DNA of 64,000 nucleotides, taken from assembly GCF_018977255.1 (NCBI RefSeq), contig NW_024704743.1, positions 63,738,001 to 63,802,000 of the forward strand, in the 5' to 3' direction. Below, piece after piece: positions 27,901 through 38,036 of this stretch. This DNA is from Callorhinchus milii. Lineage: Eukaryota. The translations under genes were made by a program, and so were the position numbers. A model generated the notes under the pieces. It searched no databases and was not told the DNA's origin. It worked only from the letters and a program-made list of their open reading frames with translations. Within the stretch, counting starts at the first letter, position 1; every line of letters starts with the position of its first letter.

Positions 27901-30900
27901 TGAGGGCCACTATATAAATGCAAGTTGTTGTTTTTAAATGTGTTGATGCTTTTTGCTTCAACCATAGCATCCAACAATGAGTTTCACATTCTCACCAGTT
28001 TTCTGAGTTACTCAGTCAATCTCAATTGGGGCACAGGTTTGGAATGTATAGTTGATCTTTCCTTTCTTGGGTTCGGAGGAAAGAGAGAAAATAATCAGTC
28101 AGGGTTCCCATTTCTGTTCACCTAGACTAATTGTGGAAGGTGTGTGGATGTTTGGTGAGGACAAGATTCAGCTTAGCCTTGATGCACCTCACAGTGAAAC
28201 AGCCTTCTAACACTCACTGTCAGGGGCATGACTCAAGGGCAGTCGTAGCACCAAACTCTAGAAGAAAGAAAAACGAGACAGATGGGCTCAGTAGAGGAGA
28301 AAAAAGTCAAGAACAAAAAATATAAATTTTCTACATGGAGTAACTTATTAATATTAAAATGTGTTCATAGGACAGCTTCTACCTGTTAAATTACTTTTAT
28401 TTCCTTAAAAAGATGCAAAGTGGTTGAGAGTGACTCCTCTGGAGGCTTATTTGTCTAATATCCTAAGAGCCTTCTGGAATAATGTATTTCAGGTTGTTTC
28501 ATTGCTCAGTATACCCATAGACTGTGAGGCAGCAATACACAAGACAATCAGAAGGCTGGGCTTTATTACCCAATTGTCGAGCCCTGTAGCTCAGTGGTTA
28601 GAGCACTCGCCTTGCAAGCGAAACACCTGGGTTCAATTCCAGGCAGGGCGAAACCTTGGGCAAGTTTCCTTACTCCACACGCCTAATAATAATCCCTCCA
28701 AAATAAAACAATAATAAATTGGTCATTTTCAATCCATGACTGTTTGTGGAACACTGCTGTGCGCAATTGGCTGCAGACGTTTTGCCCACAAATAGACAGT
28801 CAATTTACTTTACAGCATCTTCTGTGAAGCACTTTGGGGCGTCTAGAAGACATGAAAAGCGCCATATCAAATGTAAGGATTATTATTATTATTATAAATC
28901 AGTTGATGTCATGCTCAAGCTGTACAGTGCTCCAGTCAAACTGCCACTACAGCACTGCAAGGGACCACCAAGGTCCAGAAGCAATATAGAGGAGAGTAAT
29001 GAGGCTGATCCCCAGTGTTAGAAGTGTCAGCTCTGAGAATGATTAGATAAACTGTGTATTTAAAGTTTGAATAGAATGGTATAAGGGTGTTCAGTAAATT
29101 CACAAGAAAGGTTTGGATGAAAAAAATATTTTATGTTCACTTTCCAAAACACACAGCCAAACTTTCCAATTCCTTACATTTCCTAGTCTTAGTTCAAAGA
29201 AAAGAACCTGATGATGAACTATCAACTATAACACAAAATGGTTTGAGCAGAATAAAGAGAAGAAAAATAATAACTCTTGCATTTGATAAAGTGCCTTATC
29301 ACATCTTCAAGACATCTCAAGTGCTTCAAAGAATATATTGTAAAGTGAATTGAATGTATATTTTGTGGGCGAAATGCGGCAGCCAATTGCCCACAGCATT
29401 GTCCCACAAACAGTCGAGGATAGAGTGACCAAATTATTATTATTATTTTCTTGAAGGGAAAAGTGATCCGCCAATTGACTAACAAGCGGGTTCCTACTTA
29501 GTACTAGGTAAACAGAGGCGTGTGGAGTAAAGAAACTTGCCCAATGTTTCACCCTGCCTGGGAAAACTGGTGGGAAAAGTGATATCTTCTTTAGAAGTGC
29601 AGAATCAGGCTTTAGAGATGTTCAAGATGGCGATAAATCAGGAAAATATTTCACCTGTGGTAGTTTCATAGTTTTATCCCTAAGTTTTGTCCAGCTAGTA
29701 CCATATCCCTGAGTTTATTTCCACTAGATAATGTTACGTTTATGCGGTTTTAATGTATACTATCCCAATTTATACAAATGTGCTTTAAATTATTGGTACA
29801 ATAATCCACCCTACCGGTATGAAATTTGGAAGCTTGACCCTTTGTGATATTATGGAATCTGCCACCAGCTTTCAAATTATCCAAAGTCTTAAAGGTTGTT
29901 GCTTAATCGGATGGCCTTTTTACTGATATTTCTCTGGCCCATATACCAAACATCTGTTGTTTTCCAGATATCAATCCTATACTGCCTTGCAGTGAATTCA
30001 GGTAGCTATACTTCTGGGGCAAACACAACTTCTCATACTATTCATACTAGGTGAAAGTTGCCTGGTACCAAATTCAGTAATCAAGTTTTGCCATCAACTG
30101 GTATCCAAGCTCCAGGCCCGGGAAAACACAACTCTCACAACTGTTCAAGGAATAATGTCTGCTCTTAGTAGAGGAGAAACATAATCACATTATTTTCTCC
30201 TTTAAAAATAGCCATTTGCCCCTTAATAGTGAACTTTTTAAGACATAATGTTTGATTTCTTCACTATTGGCAGTCACTGGGGCTTGGGAGTCATCACACT
30301 CAGCTCCTGTTAATCCTGCAAGCCAAACCCTAACGGGTAGGTTGGTACTAGCTGGACAAGCAGTGGAAAAGCATGCCAGACAGAGCTATCAATGGCAAGC
30401 TATGTGGTTTTAACTGGTTAGACTCCAGCAGTACAAACGCACATTCTGGGGTCCCCAAGCCTTGGCTGTGCCTAATACTTTCTGTAATTAGGTAAACCGG
30501 ATGCGTCCCTCCATGGAGAGAATACACATTCCATTCCAACCATCTATCTCTGGAATTTCCATGTGTAGGTGGGAGGCAATGAAATCTGAGCTCGATTTGG
30601 ATACTCTTAAGCATGGTGTTGGACACCCAACTGATCTGAAAAAAAATGATAGATATCTTCATTCTGTTCAAAACACTCTATGCTGTAGGTGATGGTTCAA
30701 CATCAGGCTCTTTTCCATCAACTAAGAGATTACCAAAGGATTGGTTAGTTCCCCACTCTATTTAAATTTTCCAAAACAAAAAAATCCTCCATCATTGAAC
30801 TATATCATTTGATTTCACTCACATTCAACTTCTTTTGGATCACAGCCCATCAGTACATACAAACAATTTGTTTTGTAGTAGTCCCTTGAATTACTGAACC

Positions 30901-31865
30901 TTTGATTTATTTATCCTCTTAAAGCCATGAAATTCCTTCAGTCTATTAATGTCTTTAGAAAGGACAATCTACACCTTACCATCTCTTAGCTTTGATGGCA
31001 AACTCTGATCATATAGAAACAGAAATTTTCTTCACAGAGGGAGCTATTTGGCCCAGTGTGTACATACCATTTCTAACTAATTTTCTAATTTTAAAAAATT
31101 CAATTTCAGTCCAAGATTTAAACACTGCTTCCACATATAGAGAAATCCTCCAGCATCCATTTTGCACTTCTGAACAGGAGAAAAGAAAAGGCTGGTCATA
31201 TATGTAGCCTTTCTCATCTCCAGTCTCAAATTCCCCCTCGCTTTAATGCAGCCTGTCTCGTCTTCTATTTTACCAACACTACTTTGGTCATTGCTCCTCC
31301 TAAGCTCTAAATACTGCACTTCTTTCATTACTGCATTTTGTGTGTCATGGTAGAAGCAACATTGCCAGAACAGATTTGGTAAGTCGGTATTGTGATTTTT
31401 GATGTAGTAATGATGCTATGCTATAAAAACATACAGTAGTATAAAAAGATGTGTAACACCATGAGGACAGAGAATAGATTTTTTTAAAAATGTAAGCAAA
31501 GTTTCACACGGCAGCCATAAGCTACAGCACTGAAATTTTTATTTGTATTCCTTTACCTATTTCATAGTCAAATCTTTCTAAACATCATGTTATTTACATG
31601 CAGTTAAAATCTTAAGTGCAGTAATATAATGTGAAAAATAGGTCAACCCATCAAGGCTTAATGTGCCATTATTCTATAATTTCTAAGTGGCTCCAAACAA
31701 ATTAATAAGCAAAGGATATCAACTCACATTGACTTTGAAACTCTGTATGGAACTATTCAAGAAGTGTACATTGCAGATGACCTCTGATCGATGCTTGTCT
31801 CTGGGAATCTCAAATGCACGCATGTTGTTTGTCCTCCCACCCAGCATGCGAAATCGAGATGTCAT
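789..31865 (-). CDS. PTPN3: PTPN3/PTPH1 FERM-PDZ-PTP tyrosine phosphatase, multi-exon CDS, 3' part outside window
   Basis: Exons splice in frame. N-terminus [35 protein letters not shown] motifs ([28 protein letters not shown]); [23 protein letters not shown] motifs [28 protein letters not shown]-terminus and linker match PTPN3 rather than PTPN4 as I recall them. Confidence 0.95.
1088..1149 (-). CDS. PTPN3: PTPN3 exon ([21 protein letters not shown]), 62 nt
   Basis: ataaag acceptor, gtaggt donor, phase 1-0, DYINA motif. Confidence 0.93.
1352..1442 (-). CDS. PTPN3: PTPN3 exon ([30 protein letters not shown]), 91 nt
   Basis: ttgtag acceptor, gtaagt donor, KNRY pTyr-loop motif. Confidence 0.95.
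1585..1845 (+). mobile_element. CR1 LINE 3' fragment
   Basis: Resembles the end of ORF2 and the 3'UTR of the CR1 copy at 3420-3690. Confidence 0.65.
2441..3692 (+). mobile_element. CR1 LINE, 5'-truncated, RT C-terminal half plus 3'UTR
   Basis: [37 protein letters not shown] motifs; one frameshift near 2860; premature stop at 3399-3401; (ATTCTATG)n-type tail at 3678-3692. Confidence 0.93.
3835..3980 (+). mobile_element. SINE 3' fragment (young family)
   Basis: Matches the 3' half of the SINE at 47118-47436. Confidence 0.75.
4893..5059 (-). CDS. PTPN3: PTPN3 exon, PDZ-PTP linker (..[24 protein letters not shown]), 167 nt
   Basis: ttttag acceptor, gtaagt donor, phase 1-0. Confidence 0.93.
5190..5495 (+). 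mobile_element. Degraded CR1 RT fragment
   Basis: FNV.K.EVVHFG and [16 protein letters not shown] remnants. Confidence 0.6.
5830..6560 (+). mobile_element. Old L2 LINE 3' fragment
   Basis: [11 protein letters not shown] and FKARLK remnants; GAAAGGTGCTAAATAAATGTA tail. Confidence 0.7.
6651..6922 (-). mobile_element. tRNA-derived SINE, head partly deleted
   Basis: Similar to the SINE at 47118-47436. Confidence 0.85.
6923..7048 (+). mobile_element. SINE 3' portion, inverted relative to the adjacent copy
   Basis: Reverse complement of 6651-6773. Confidence 0.85.
7296..7452 (-). CDS. PTPN3: PTPN3 exon, PDZ ([52 protein letters not shown]), 157 nt
   Basis: ttttag acceptor, gtaact donor, phase 0-1. 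Confidence 0.96.
8785..8841 (-). CDS. PTPN3: PTPN3 exon, PDZ ([19 protein letters not shown]), 57 nt
   Basis: tttcag acceptor, gtgagt donor, phase 0-0. Confidence 0.93.
9241..9324 (-). CDS. PTPN3: PTPN3 exon ([28 protein letters not shown]), 84 nt
   Basis: tcccag acceptor, gtatta donor, PDZ carboxylate-binding loop. Confidence 0.94.
9930..10180 (-). mobile_element. SINE, 5'-truncated (young family)
   Basis: Tail plus CCTTGGGCAAGTTTCCTTACTCCACAC segment. Confidence 0.85.
10505..10730 (-). CDS. PTPN3: PTPN3 linker exon ([10 protein letters not shown]...EPYQYYYDK), 226 nt
   Basis: ttgcag acceptor, gtttgt donor, phase 2-0; open frame; ends QYYYDK, like the QYYCDK I recall for mammalian PTPN3. 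Confidence 0.88.
11435..12010 (-). mobile_element. CR1 LINE 3' fragment
   Basis: ORF 11604-12011 ([24 protein letters not shown]) plus 3'UTR. Confidence 0.88.
12578..12601 (-). CDS. PTPN3: Candidate 24-nt PTPN3 microexon (..SEDHHSP..)
   Basis: tttgttttctttgcag acceptor, CA|gtaagt donor, phase 2-2 matching both neighbours, no stop. Confidence 0.65.
13095..13450. mobile_element. Plus-strand SINE fragment (~13125-13340) nested in a minus-strand SINE tail
   Basis: Minus tail split into ~13095-13122 and ~13341-13450 around the plus copy. Confidence 0.7.
13583..13765 (-). CDS. PTPN3: PTPN3 exon ([35 protein letters not shown]...), 183 nt
   Basis: ttacag acceptor, gtaagc donor, phase 2-2. Confidence 0.94.
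13910..14137 (+). mobile_element. SINE, 5'-truncated (young family)
   Basis: Near-identical to ~47213-47436. Confidence 0.88.
14243..14390 (-). repeat. Unclassified old interspersed repeat, copy 1
   Basis: Aligns by eye to 22602-22770, 30270-30625, 51911-52210 and 57712-57880. Confidence 0.7.
14750..15090 (+). mobile_element. CR1 3' ORF2 fragment
   Basis: [12 protein letters not shown] and KGHRFRI remnants. Confidence 0.7.
15203..15337 (-). CDS. PTPN3: PTPN3 exon ([44 protein letters not shown]), 135 nt
   Basis: ctgcag acceptor, gtaagc donor; retains the SLSVE 14-3-3-type site. Confidence 0.96.
15660..15940 (-). mobile_element. Deu-domain SINE fragment
   Basis: Reverse complement contains CAGATGAGACGTTAAACCGAGGACCTGTCTGCC...AAGATCCC. 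Confidence 0.8.
16048..16358 (-). mobile_element. Full-length young tRNA-Ala-derived SINE
   Basis: Box A TAGCTCAGTGG, box B GTTCAATTCC, (ATT)n tail. Confidence 0.92.
17241..17413 (-). CDS. PTPN3: PTPN3 exon ([32 protein letters not shown]...), 173 nt
   Basis: tgacag acceptor, gtcagt donor, FERM C-lobe signature. Confidence 0.96.
17570..18125. mobile_element. Tc1/mariner-pogo (Tigger-like) non-autonomous DNA transposon
   Basis: TIRs CAGTGGAAGCCGCTTTAG and (reverse complement) CAGTGGAAGTCTCTTAAG; TA on left flank; no transposase ORF. Confidence 0.7.
18621..18684 (-). CDS. PTPN3: PTPN3 exon ([21 protein letters not shown]), 64 nt
   Basis: tttcag acceptor, gtaagt donor, phase 2-0. Confidence 0.95.
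18723..19135 (-). mobile_element. Old Deu-domain SINE, near full length
   Basis: Collinear with 37565-38002 (head, Deu-like core, tail). Confidence 0.75.
19690..20050. mobile_element. L2 3' end (+, ~19690-19880) abutting an L2 RT fragment (-)
   Basis: GTGAAAGGCGCTATACAAATGTAATTTGTTGTTG tail; [15 protein letters not shown] on minus. Confidence 0.7.
20149..20237 (-). CDS. PTPN3: PTPN3 exon ([29 protein letters not shown]), 89 nt
   Basis: ttttag acceptor, gtaagg donor, phase 0-2. Confidence 0.94.
21290..21377 (-). CDS. PTPN3: PTPN3 exon ([29 protein letters not shown]), 88 nt
   Basis: ccacag acceptor, gtaagt donor. Confidence 0.95.
21421..21479. repeat. Perfect 27-bp tandem duplication
   Basis: TAAAGATGCTGCATGGTAACTTAATGG x2 plus TAAAG. 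Confidence 0.95.
21868..21988 (-). CDS. PTPN3: PTPN3 exon ([39 protein letters not shown]), 121 nt
   Basis: atgcag acceptor, gtagaa donor, phase 1-2. Confidence 0.93.
22602..22770 (+). repeat. Unclassified old interspersed repeat, copy 2
   Basis: Shares AATTAGGTAA..GGAT..CCCTCCA..CATTCCAA..CTCTGGAATTTCCA..GTAGGTGGGA with 30460-30625. Confidence 0.75.
22960..23012 (-). CDS. PTPN3: PTPN3 exon ([17 protein letters not shown]), 53 nt
   Basis: ttacag acceptor, gtaagt donor. Confidence 0.95.
23868..23912 (-). CDS. PTPN3: PTPN3 exon ([14 protein letters not shown]), 45 nt
   Basis: tttcag acceptor, gtaagt donor, phase 2-2. Confidence 0.95.
24390..25500 (-). pseudogene. Degenerate coding-like island, possibly an LTR-retroelement gag remnant
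   Basis: Stacked minus-strand ORFs; one frame runs 25383-24817 with only two internal stops; weak gag/SCAN-like pattern ([15 protein letters not shown]). Confidence 0.3.
26141..26219 (-). CDS. PTPN3: PTPN3 exon ([25 protein letters not shown]), 79 nt
   Basis: gttcag acceptor, gtaggt donor. Confidence 0.95.
26700..27225 (+). mobile_element. Degraded CR1-type RT fragment
   Basis: NRMLGY, LVRLHLE, FSFERR, RTRGH remnants. Confidence 0.6.
27424..27466 (-). CDS. PTPN3: PTPN3 exon ([14 protein letters not shown]), 43 nt
   Basis: gtacag acceptor, gtaaga donor. Confidence 0.95.
27574..27681 (-). CDS. PTPN3: PTPN3 exon ([36 protein letters not shown]), 108 nt
   Basis: ttacag acceptor, gtgagt donor. 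Confidence 0.96.
28578..28894 (+). mobile_element. Full-length young tRNA-derived SINE
   Basis: Box A/B, (ATT)n tail. Confidence 0.9.
29265..29562 (-). mobile_element. SINE long variant (extra ~60-nt internal segment), head truncated
   Basis: Extra segment ~29456-29516 shared with ~50084-50146. Confidence 0.85.
30270..30625 (+). repeat. Unclassified old interspersed repeat, copy 3 (longest)
   Basis: Collinear with the reverse complement of 51911-52210. Confidence 0.75.
31728..31865 (-). CDS. PTPN3: PTPN3 first coding exon (138 coding nt; exon starts at 31873)
   Basis: ttttgcag acceptor (AG at 31874-31875), ATG at 31865, gtgagt donor. Confidence 0.95.
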
Positions 31866-32049
31866 CACTATCCCTGCAAAAGCTAAGCAAAAATAAATAG
31901 AATTATCCATTGTTTAAGTTACAAACACAAAGAGAGTTCAAATTAAACAACTATTTCAGTATCATTTTCCACAAATGTATGGTTAGTAATAATAATGCAG
32001 TCACTATGTAAGCTTTGCCATGAATACTTTAATAAAGTTATAATAATGC

Positions 32050-32430
32050 TAATAATAATAAAAAATATAATCACTGCATTTGATATAGCATCTATAACAC
32101 TTAACAGCAATTACAAATGAAGTGCTTTGAAGTGTAGTGATTACATTTGAGGCAAACACAGCTGCTAAGTTACACTCAAGATCCCATCCACAGGCAGAGT
32201 AAATGACCAATTTACTTGGATAATTTGCTGGCCAGGGCACCAGGAGAATCTCCCTTCTCTTTTGATGTTCAGAGTCCTGAGATCTTTGTCCACCTTAATA
32301 TGCATTGTGGACCTCAGTTTAGCCTAACTTGGAGGGCACCTCTGACACAACAGCACTTCTCTGCACCGGAATCATGTTCTTCATAGGCTACAAGTCCAAA
32401 TTTTCCACTTTGAGTTCAAACCCACAACCT
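32050..32430 (-). mobile_element. Old Deu-domain SINE
   Basis: Collinear with 37565-38002, diverged. Confidence 0.65.
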
Positions 32431-33539
32431 CTGCAAGTGGCTTTGCAAGAAAAAAAATCCTGGTAAAGATTCCCTCTCTGGCTCACAGTATGCAGTTTGA
32501 CTTATTTTCCAATAGAGTGCAGGCTATTTCACATTTGTACAAAAGGTAAAGTGAAGTGTCAGAGTCCCCAATTGACCATTATTCTTTGTGGGGCAGAGGG
32601 TATAGTTTAAACTATTATGTCTAGTTGATCATATTACAATATATTGAGACAGGTTCCAGACATTATCTATGAAACTCTGGGAGTTTTTCCTTGAAAATGC
32701 TGTTTTGGTCTACCATAGATATCATCCAGGATGTCTGTCTATCACGTAAACTGATAAAAGATTTAATCTGCAACGATTTTCAGAAATCATGACTGAAACT
32801 AAGAGAAAGGAAAGAAAGCAGAACTTTGCTAAAAATTTGAAAAGGCTGATTTGCCTCGTTTTGGTATGCCTATTTTACTAATGTATCAATATCACACATC
32901 AAGGCAGGATTTCACCTCTAAACAATGCCAAACTCACAAAGCCTAAAGACACAATGGACAAATTTGTGTGGCGTTGCAAAGGTTTTATGTCTCAAGTGTA
33001 TTCGGAAGCTGAAGCTGACCATATGGGCTTTTCAACTGAATAGGGAATCTGAGAAGACTGTGACCTGGATTATACTGCCTTCCAGACTGAATGAGAATTT
33101 TTTTGGGGGGGGGTTGGGAAGGGAAGCGATTCAAAGTAAGAACAGGCAAGAGAAATACTATTTTGGGAAAAGCACACAAAGTTTCTTTTTAAAAGCTCAC
33201 AATAAAATTTCCGTTTGTAATTATGTTCATAGCAAATAAATTTAACTAATATAAAGGAAGCTATTGTTCCTCTATACAACAAGGGTTTGGAATGAGGTTC
33301 ATTGAGCAGCAAGGTCAGATGTGCATTCCTGGTCTAAGATGGTTCATCAACACATTCTTCAAAGAAAGTGCCAGAATTCTGTCCAACTCCCATTTTCAGG
33401 AATGAATAGGCATTAAGAATACATGATTTCTCATTGGCTGTTTAATGGGATCGGTTTTTAAAGTTTTATTGTCGGAAGAATAAATCAATAATTCAAGGAA
33501 GAGCTGATAAGCGTTGTAATCTATCTTAATACAGGTGCA

Positions 33540-34820
33540 ACAGCAACAGAATTACATTTGTAAAGCGCCTTTCACATCAGGAGGATGTCCCAAGGCGCTC
33601 CACAGTCAGTGTTTTGGACCCAACCTGGGAGTCGGGATTGGGGAGGGTGGAGAGGAGCAGAGTGATCAAAACCATGGTCGAAGAGCAGGGTCTTGAGATG
33701 GGTCTTGAAGGAGGCAAGGGAGGGGGGGAAGGCGGAGAGACCGCGTGATGGAGTTCCAGAGGGTAGAGGCAGAGTGGCAGAAGGCCCGCCCACCAATGGT
33801 GGGGCGGGTGAGGCGGGGGATTTGAAGCAGGCTGAGCGGAGTGGGCAGAATAGTAGAGCGTTAGGAGGTCACAGAGGTAGTGGAGTGCAAGGCTATAGGG
33901 GGCTTTGAAGGTGAGGACCAGGATCCTGTATCCTCTGTGTGATGGGAAGCCAGTGGAGTTGGGCGAGGATGGGGGTGATAGAGTCACAGAGCCTAGTGCG
34001 AGAGAGGACACGGGCTACAGAGTTCTGGATGATCTGCAGCCTATGGAGGGACAAGTTGGGGAGGCTGACGAACAAGGAGTTTGCATTGTCAAGCTTTGAT
34101 ATTATGAATGAATGTATGAGGGCTTCGGCGGCCTGCGGTGTGAGACAATGGCGGAACCGGGCGATGTTGCGGAGGTGGGGAAGGCAGAGCGGGTCATGGC
34201 ACGGATGTGGGGTAGAAAGGATAGTTGAGGGTCAAACAAGATCCCAAGGTTCTGGATTTGCTTAGTGAGGTGGAGTGTGCAACCATGGATGGTGATGCTG
34301 TCAGCGCCTGAGGTGAGGAGGAGCTGACAGGAGCCAATCAGGAGAGCCTCGGTCTTGTTGACATTCAACTGTAGAAAGTTAGCTCTCATCCAGGACTTGA
34401 TGTCTGACAGACATTCTGTCAGGACAGCAGTGGTCCTGGAGTCAAGGTGGAGGCAGTTGGGTGTCATCCACATATACGTGGAAGTTGACCTGTGGATGAT
34501 GTCACCAAGAGGGAGCATATAGATATTGAAGAGGAGGGGACCAAGGACAGAGCCCTGAGGAACGGCGCACAAGATGGTGCAGTGGCTGGAGGCGAAACTG
34601 TTTGTGGAGATGACGTGGAGGCGGTGTGAGAGGTCCGATCTGAACCAGTCAAGGACAGAACTGTGAAGGTTGAGGTGAGAGGAGAGTCAGTGGTTGAGGA
34701 TAGAGTGGTCAACGGTGTTGAAGGCAGCAAAAAGGTCAAGGAGGACGAGAGGCAGAGGGAGCCTGGTCGCAGATGGACAGAATGTCATTTGTCACTTTGA
34801 CCAGAGCTGTTTCTGTGCTG
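33540..34820 (-). mobile_element. L2 LINE 3' 1.3 kb
   Basis: [38 protein letters not shown]2 stem-loop tail. Confidence 0.92.
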
Positions 34821-34840
34821 AGGGTATTATTGTACTAGAT

Positions 34841-35180
34841 CAGGGTAGCCCAATATTTTGGCAGGTGAGGGCCAGCTGGATTTGGGAAACATCCGCAGGC
34901 CAAATAAGCAATATATTTATGCTTCCCTTCAAGAAATATAACCAGTAAAAGAATCCACTATAATTCCTATTTTAAATTGTGCAATTATATTGCTTAATTT
35001 CATTATATTTTAGTTACAATGCAAACTTTAAATAGACAATGTAAAAATTCATAAAAATTTAAAAACAATCATACACTTTTATCTATAAAGTACAAGAATA
35101 GTTTATAGATAAAAGTGTAAGAATAATCATTAAATCCAAAGTAAACAATGAACATGAAATAGTTAATTGAATTAAAATGC
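34841..35180 (+). mobile_element. Possible hAT (Charlie-like) left-end fragment
   Basis: CAGGGTAGCCCAATATTTT..GAGGGCCA preceded by TACTAGAT; partner end not found. Confidence 0.4.
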
Positions 35181-35514
35181 ACTTAACAACAAAAACAAAT
35201 TACATTTGTATCGCGCCTTTCATGTCGGGAGGACGTACCAAGGCACTGGAATAGGCCTAACAATCAGCAAAATAATGATAAGACTGGAAAATGTTTCTCT
35301 TGAACCAGAGCTCCAATGTCCTCTATTTTCCTCATCTATCGTGTGTTACTAAGACAAATAGTTCTGTAGTTTTAGAATTGCAAAATATGTAACAATACCT
35401 TTTTATAATATTCCTGTTGTGCCTCTCTTCCCCTCGTTCTCTACGCTGCCTCTCACAAGGCTGTATGAGGCACGAGGCACTGTGGACAGTGGCAGGAAGA
35501 GAGGGGAGCAGGGG

Positions 35515-35890
35515 GACCTCTTCCCTCCACAAGCTGCATATCATCCAGAACTCTATAGATTGTGTCCTCTCTCGCAACAGGCTCCGTGACCACCCTCACC
35601 CATCTCCACTGTCTCCCCATCCCCCAGAGGATGGAGTTCAATATCCTCGCCCTCGTCTTCAAGGCCTTCCACAGCCTTGCCCCTTCCTACCTCTGCGACC
35701 TGCTGAACCCATATTAACCTGTCCGCTCCCTCCGTTCAGCCGGCTGTGGCCTGCTCCATGTCCCCCACCTGGCCTGCCAATTGGGCCTTCAGCCTCTCTG
35801 CCCCCACCCTATGAAACTCCATCCCACATTCCCTTCGCCTTGCTCCCTCCCTTGCTTCCTTCAAGGCGCGTTTCAAAACCCTCTTTGACC
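35515..35890 (+). mobile_element. L2 3' fragment
   Basis: SLHKLHIIQNS..VLSR remnants. Confidence 0.8.
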
Positions 35891-36989
35891 GCGGATATGG
35901 TGGACATGTGTAACATACAAAAGCAGGTGCTGTTCAATGCAAAGTCTTCAAATGGAAACTGGATAAATATTTGCTTGAGGACTGATATAAGGATAGTAAA
36001 AGATTCAGAAGACCTAATGCTCAATAGAATACAATGATTTATGTGCTTCTGGGAGAGAATATTTGTGGAAGAAAGTCTGATTGTTGGATATGTGGGGTTT
36101 AACAATGTAGATGGTTTTGACTTTGGGGTTCAAAGATTCTCTGTGGAGCTTTATCCCATGAGACAAAGTTGGTGGGGTGAAGTCCATGATACAGCACGTT
36201 TTGCATGAATTGATGGGCCAAAAGGTTTCTCATTCTAGGTTTTGCATTTCATGATTTAAAAAGTTAACAGAGGATTATTAAAAGAAAACAAAAGTCTAAG
36301 GGGGACTACTTTCTGTTTAAATTAATCTATTGGTCATCTTAGAAAATATGTATACTGTACTATCACTTTTAGGCTAGCTCTAAGATCCACCAGCTGGTTA
36401 GCTGCATTGGTGACTCATTTTGCAGGAGGGGCAGCTGTATTAAAGAACAGTTCTGCATTATTTAGTTAACTGGGAGTGGGTGCTATGGACCAGCCTTGGA
36501 ACCTGGGAGCAATGAAACTCCAGAAAGTCAAGATTTGTAAAGATGTCACCAGAAGTATGTGAAGATTTTAATGGATTGCTGAACTTTAGAAACCTGGATT
36601 TTCTGCTTTGATCAATTCTTAAACTAGTCACAGTGTATCTCTTCCCTGCCCCCTTTAAACCAAATTGCATCATGCAGGAACCTCTCGCCTCCTATCTGTT
36701 TCTGATTAATCTATTTCAAACAAATTGGAGATCTTGTGAAATTGTTTAATAACGATTTTCAAACCAATAGAAACAAGAAATGCAATAAAATCAGAAAGTA
36801 CTATTTGTCAGTACAATTTATTTGTATCTAATGCTTTCCACTTAACAGAACGTCTCAAAGTACTTCACAATAAGATTAATTAGAAGTGAAATCAATGCTG
36901 TGAGAACTTTAGTTAGTTTTGTTCTGAGTGGTAATGGCTTACATTTTAAAGAGAAATGTGTGGCGAACTATACTAACGGCAAATGGGCA

Positions 36990-37430
36990 TAACGACTTGT
37001 ACTTATATAACGCCCTCCACGTAAGGTAGCATCTCAAGAGCACTTGACAGTGACGGAGCCTGACTTTGAGCCAGGGAGGTGGGGGGGTGCGTGGAGGGAG
37101 GTGACCCTCCATGGTCGAAAAGGGAGGTTTTCAGGCGGGACACGAAAAGGGGGAAAGAGGTGGCAATGTGGAAAGATTGAGGGAGAGTGTCCCGGAGGGC
37201 ACAGTGGCTGAATGAGATTTCCAATGGTGGAGCGGAGGGACAAGCAGGAGGCCAGTGCCAGTCAAGCAGAGGCACTGGGTGGTGGATTTGGGAGTGAGGA
37301 GGTCGGAGAGATAGGGAGGTGCTAGGGAGTGAAGGGATTTCAATACGAGTGTGAGGATCTTGAAGTTGATTCGTTCAGTGATGGGGAGCCAGTGGAGCCT
37401 GGCCAGAACTGATGAGATGGGGGCTCAGAA
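36990..37430 (-). mobile_element. L2 3' fragment (variant tail)
   Basis: KSLHSLAPPYLSDLL; tail GATGCTACCTTACGTGGAGGGCGTTATATAAGT. Confidence 0.8.
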
Positions 37431-37564
37431 TTTGGTCATTATATGAAGAGGACAGCGTAACGGCTTTTAGAGCTGAATAGCGACTGTGACACTAACAGTT
37501 TGGGGTCACACATAATTTACAAACGGTACCTAATGCCAGTGCCACTATATCATAGATGAGTCAT

Positions 37565-38002
37565 TGTGTGTCAGCCTGACTCAGCTCTGAATCAGAAGGT
37601 GTGGGTTCAAGCGCCACATCGGGACTTGGAATCACATAGTCTCAGTTGACACACCAATGCAGGGCAAAGGGTGTGCTACATTGCCAGAGGTGCCATCCTT
37701 CGGATGAGATGTTAAACCGATCTACCGTCTGCCTGTTCAGATGGACGTTAAAGATCTTTTGGAACTATTCAAGAAGAGAGTTTCTCCTGGGATCATGGCC
37801 AACAATCTCCCAAATAAAATTGGTCACTGACTTCATGGGCTGTTTGTGGGACATTTGTGGGACATTGCTGTATGCAAGTTGGCTGCTGCATCACCCACAA
37901 AATACAGTCACTCCATTTTACAGTATATCCTCTGAATTGCTTTGAAACATCTTGACAATGTGATAAGGGGTATATCAAATGCAAGGATTATTATTTATTA
38001 TT
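37565..38002 (+). mobile_element. Deu-domain SINE (AmnSINE1/SacSINE1-like), near full length
   Basis: tRNA-like head (GGGTTCAAGCGCC); Deu core GGTGCCATCCTTCGGATGAGATGTTAAACCG..TGGACGTTAAAGATC..GAAGAGAG..CCTGGG..TGGCCAA; L2-like tail. Confidence 0.85.
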
Positions 38003-38036
38003 AATGGCCTTCAGGGAAAGTCGTCATCCAAGACTA

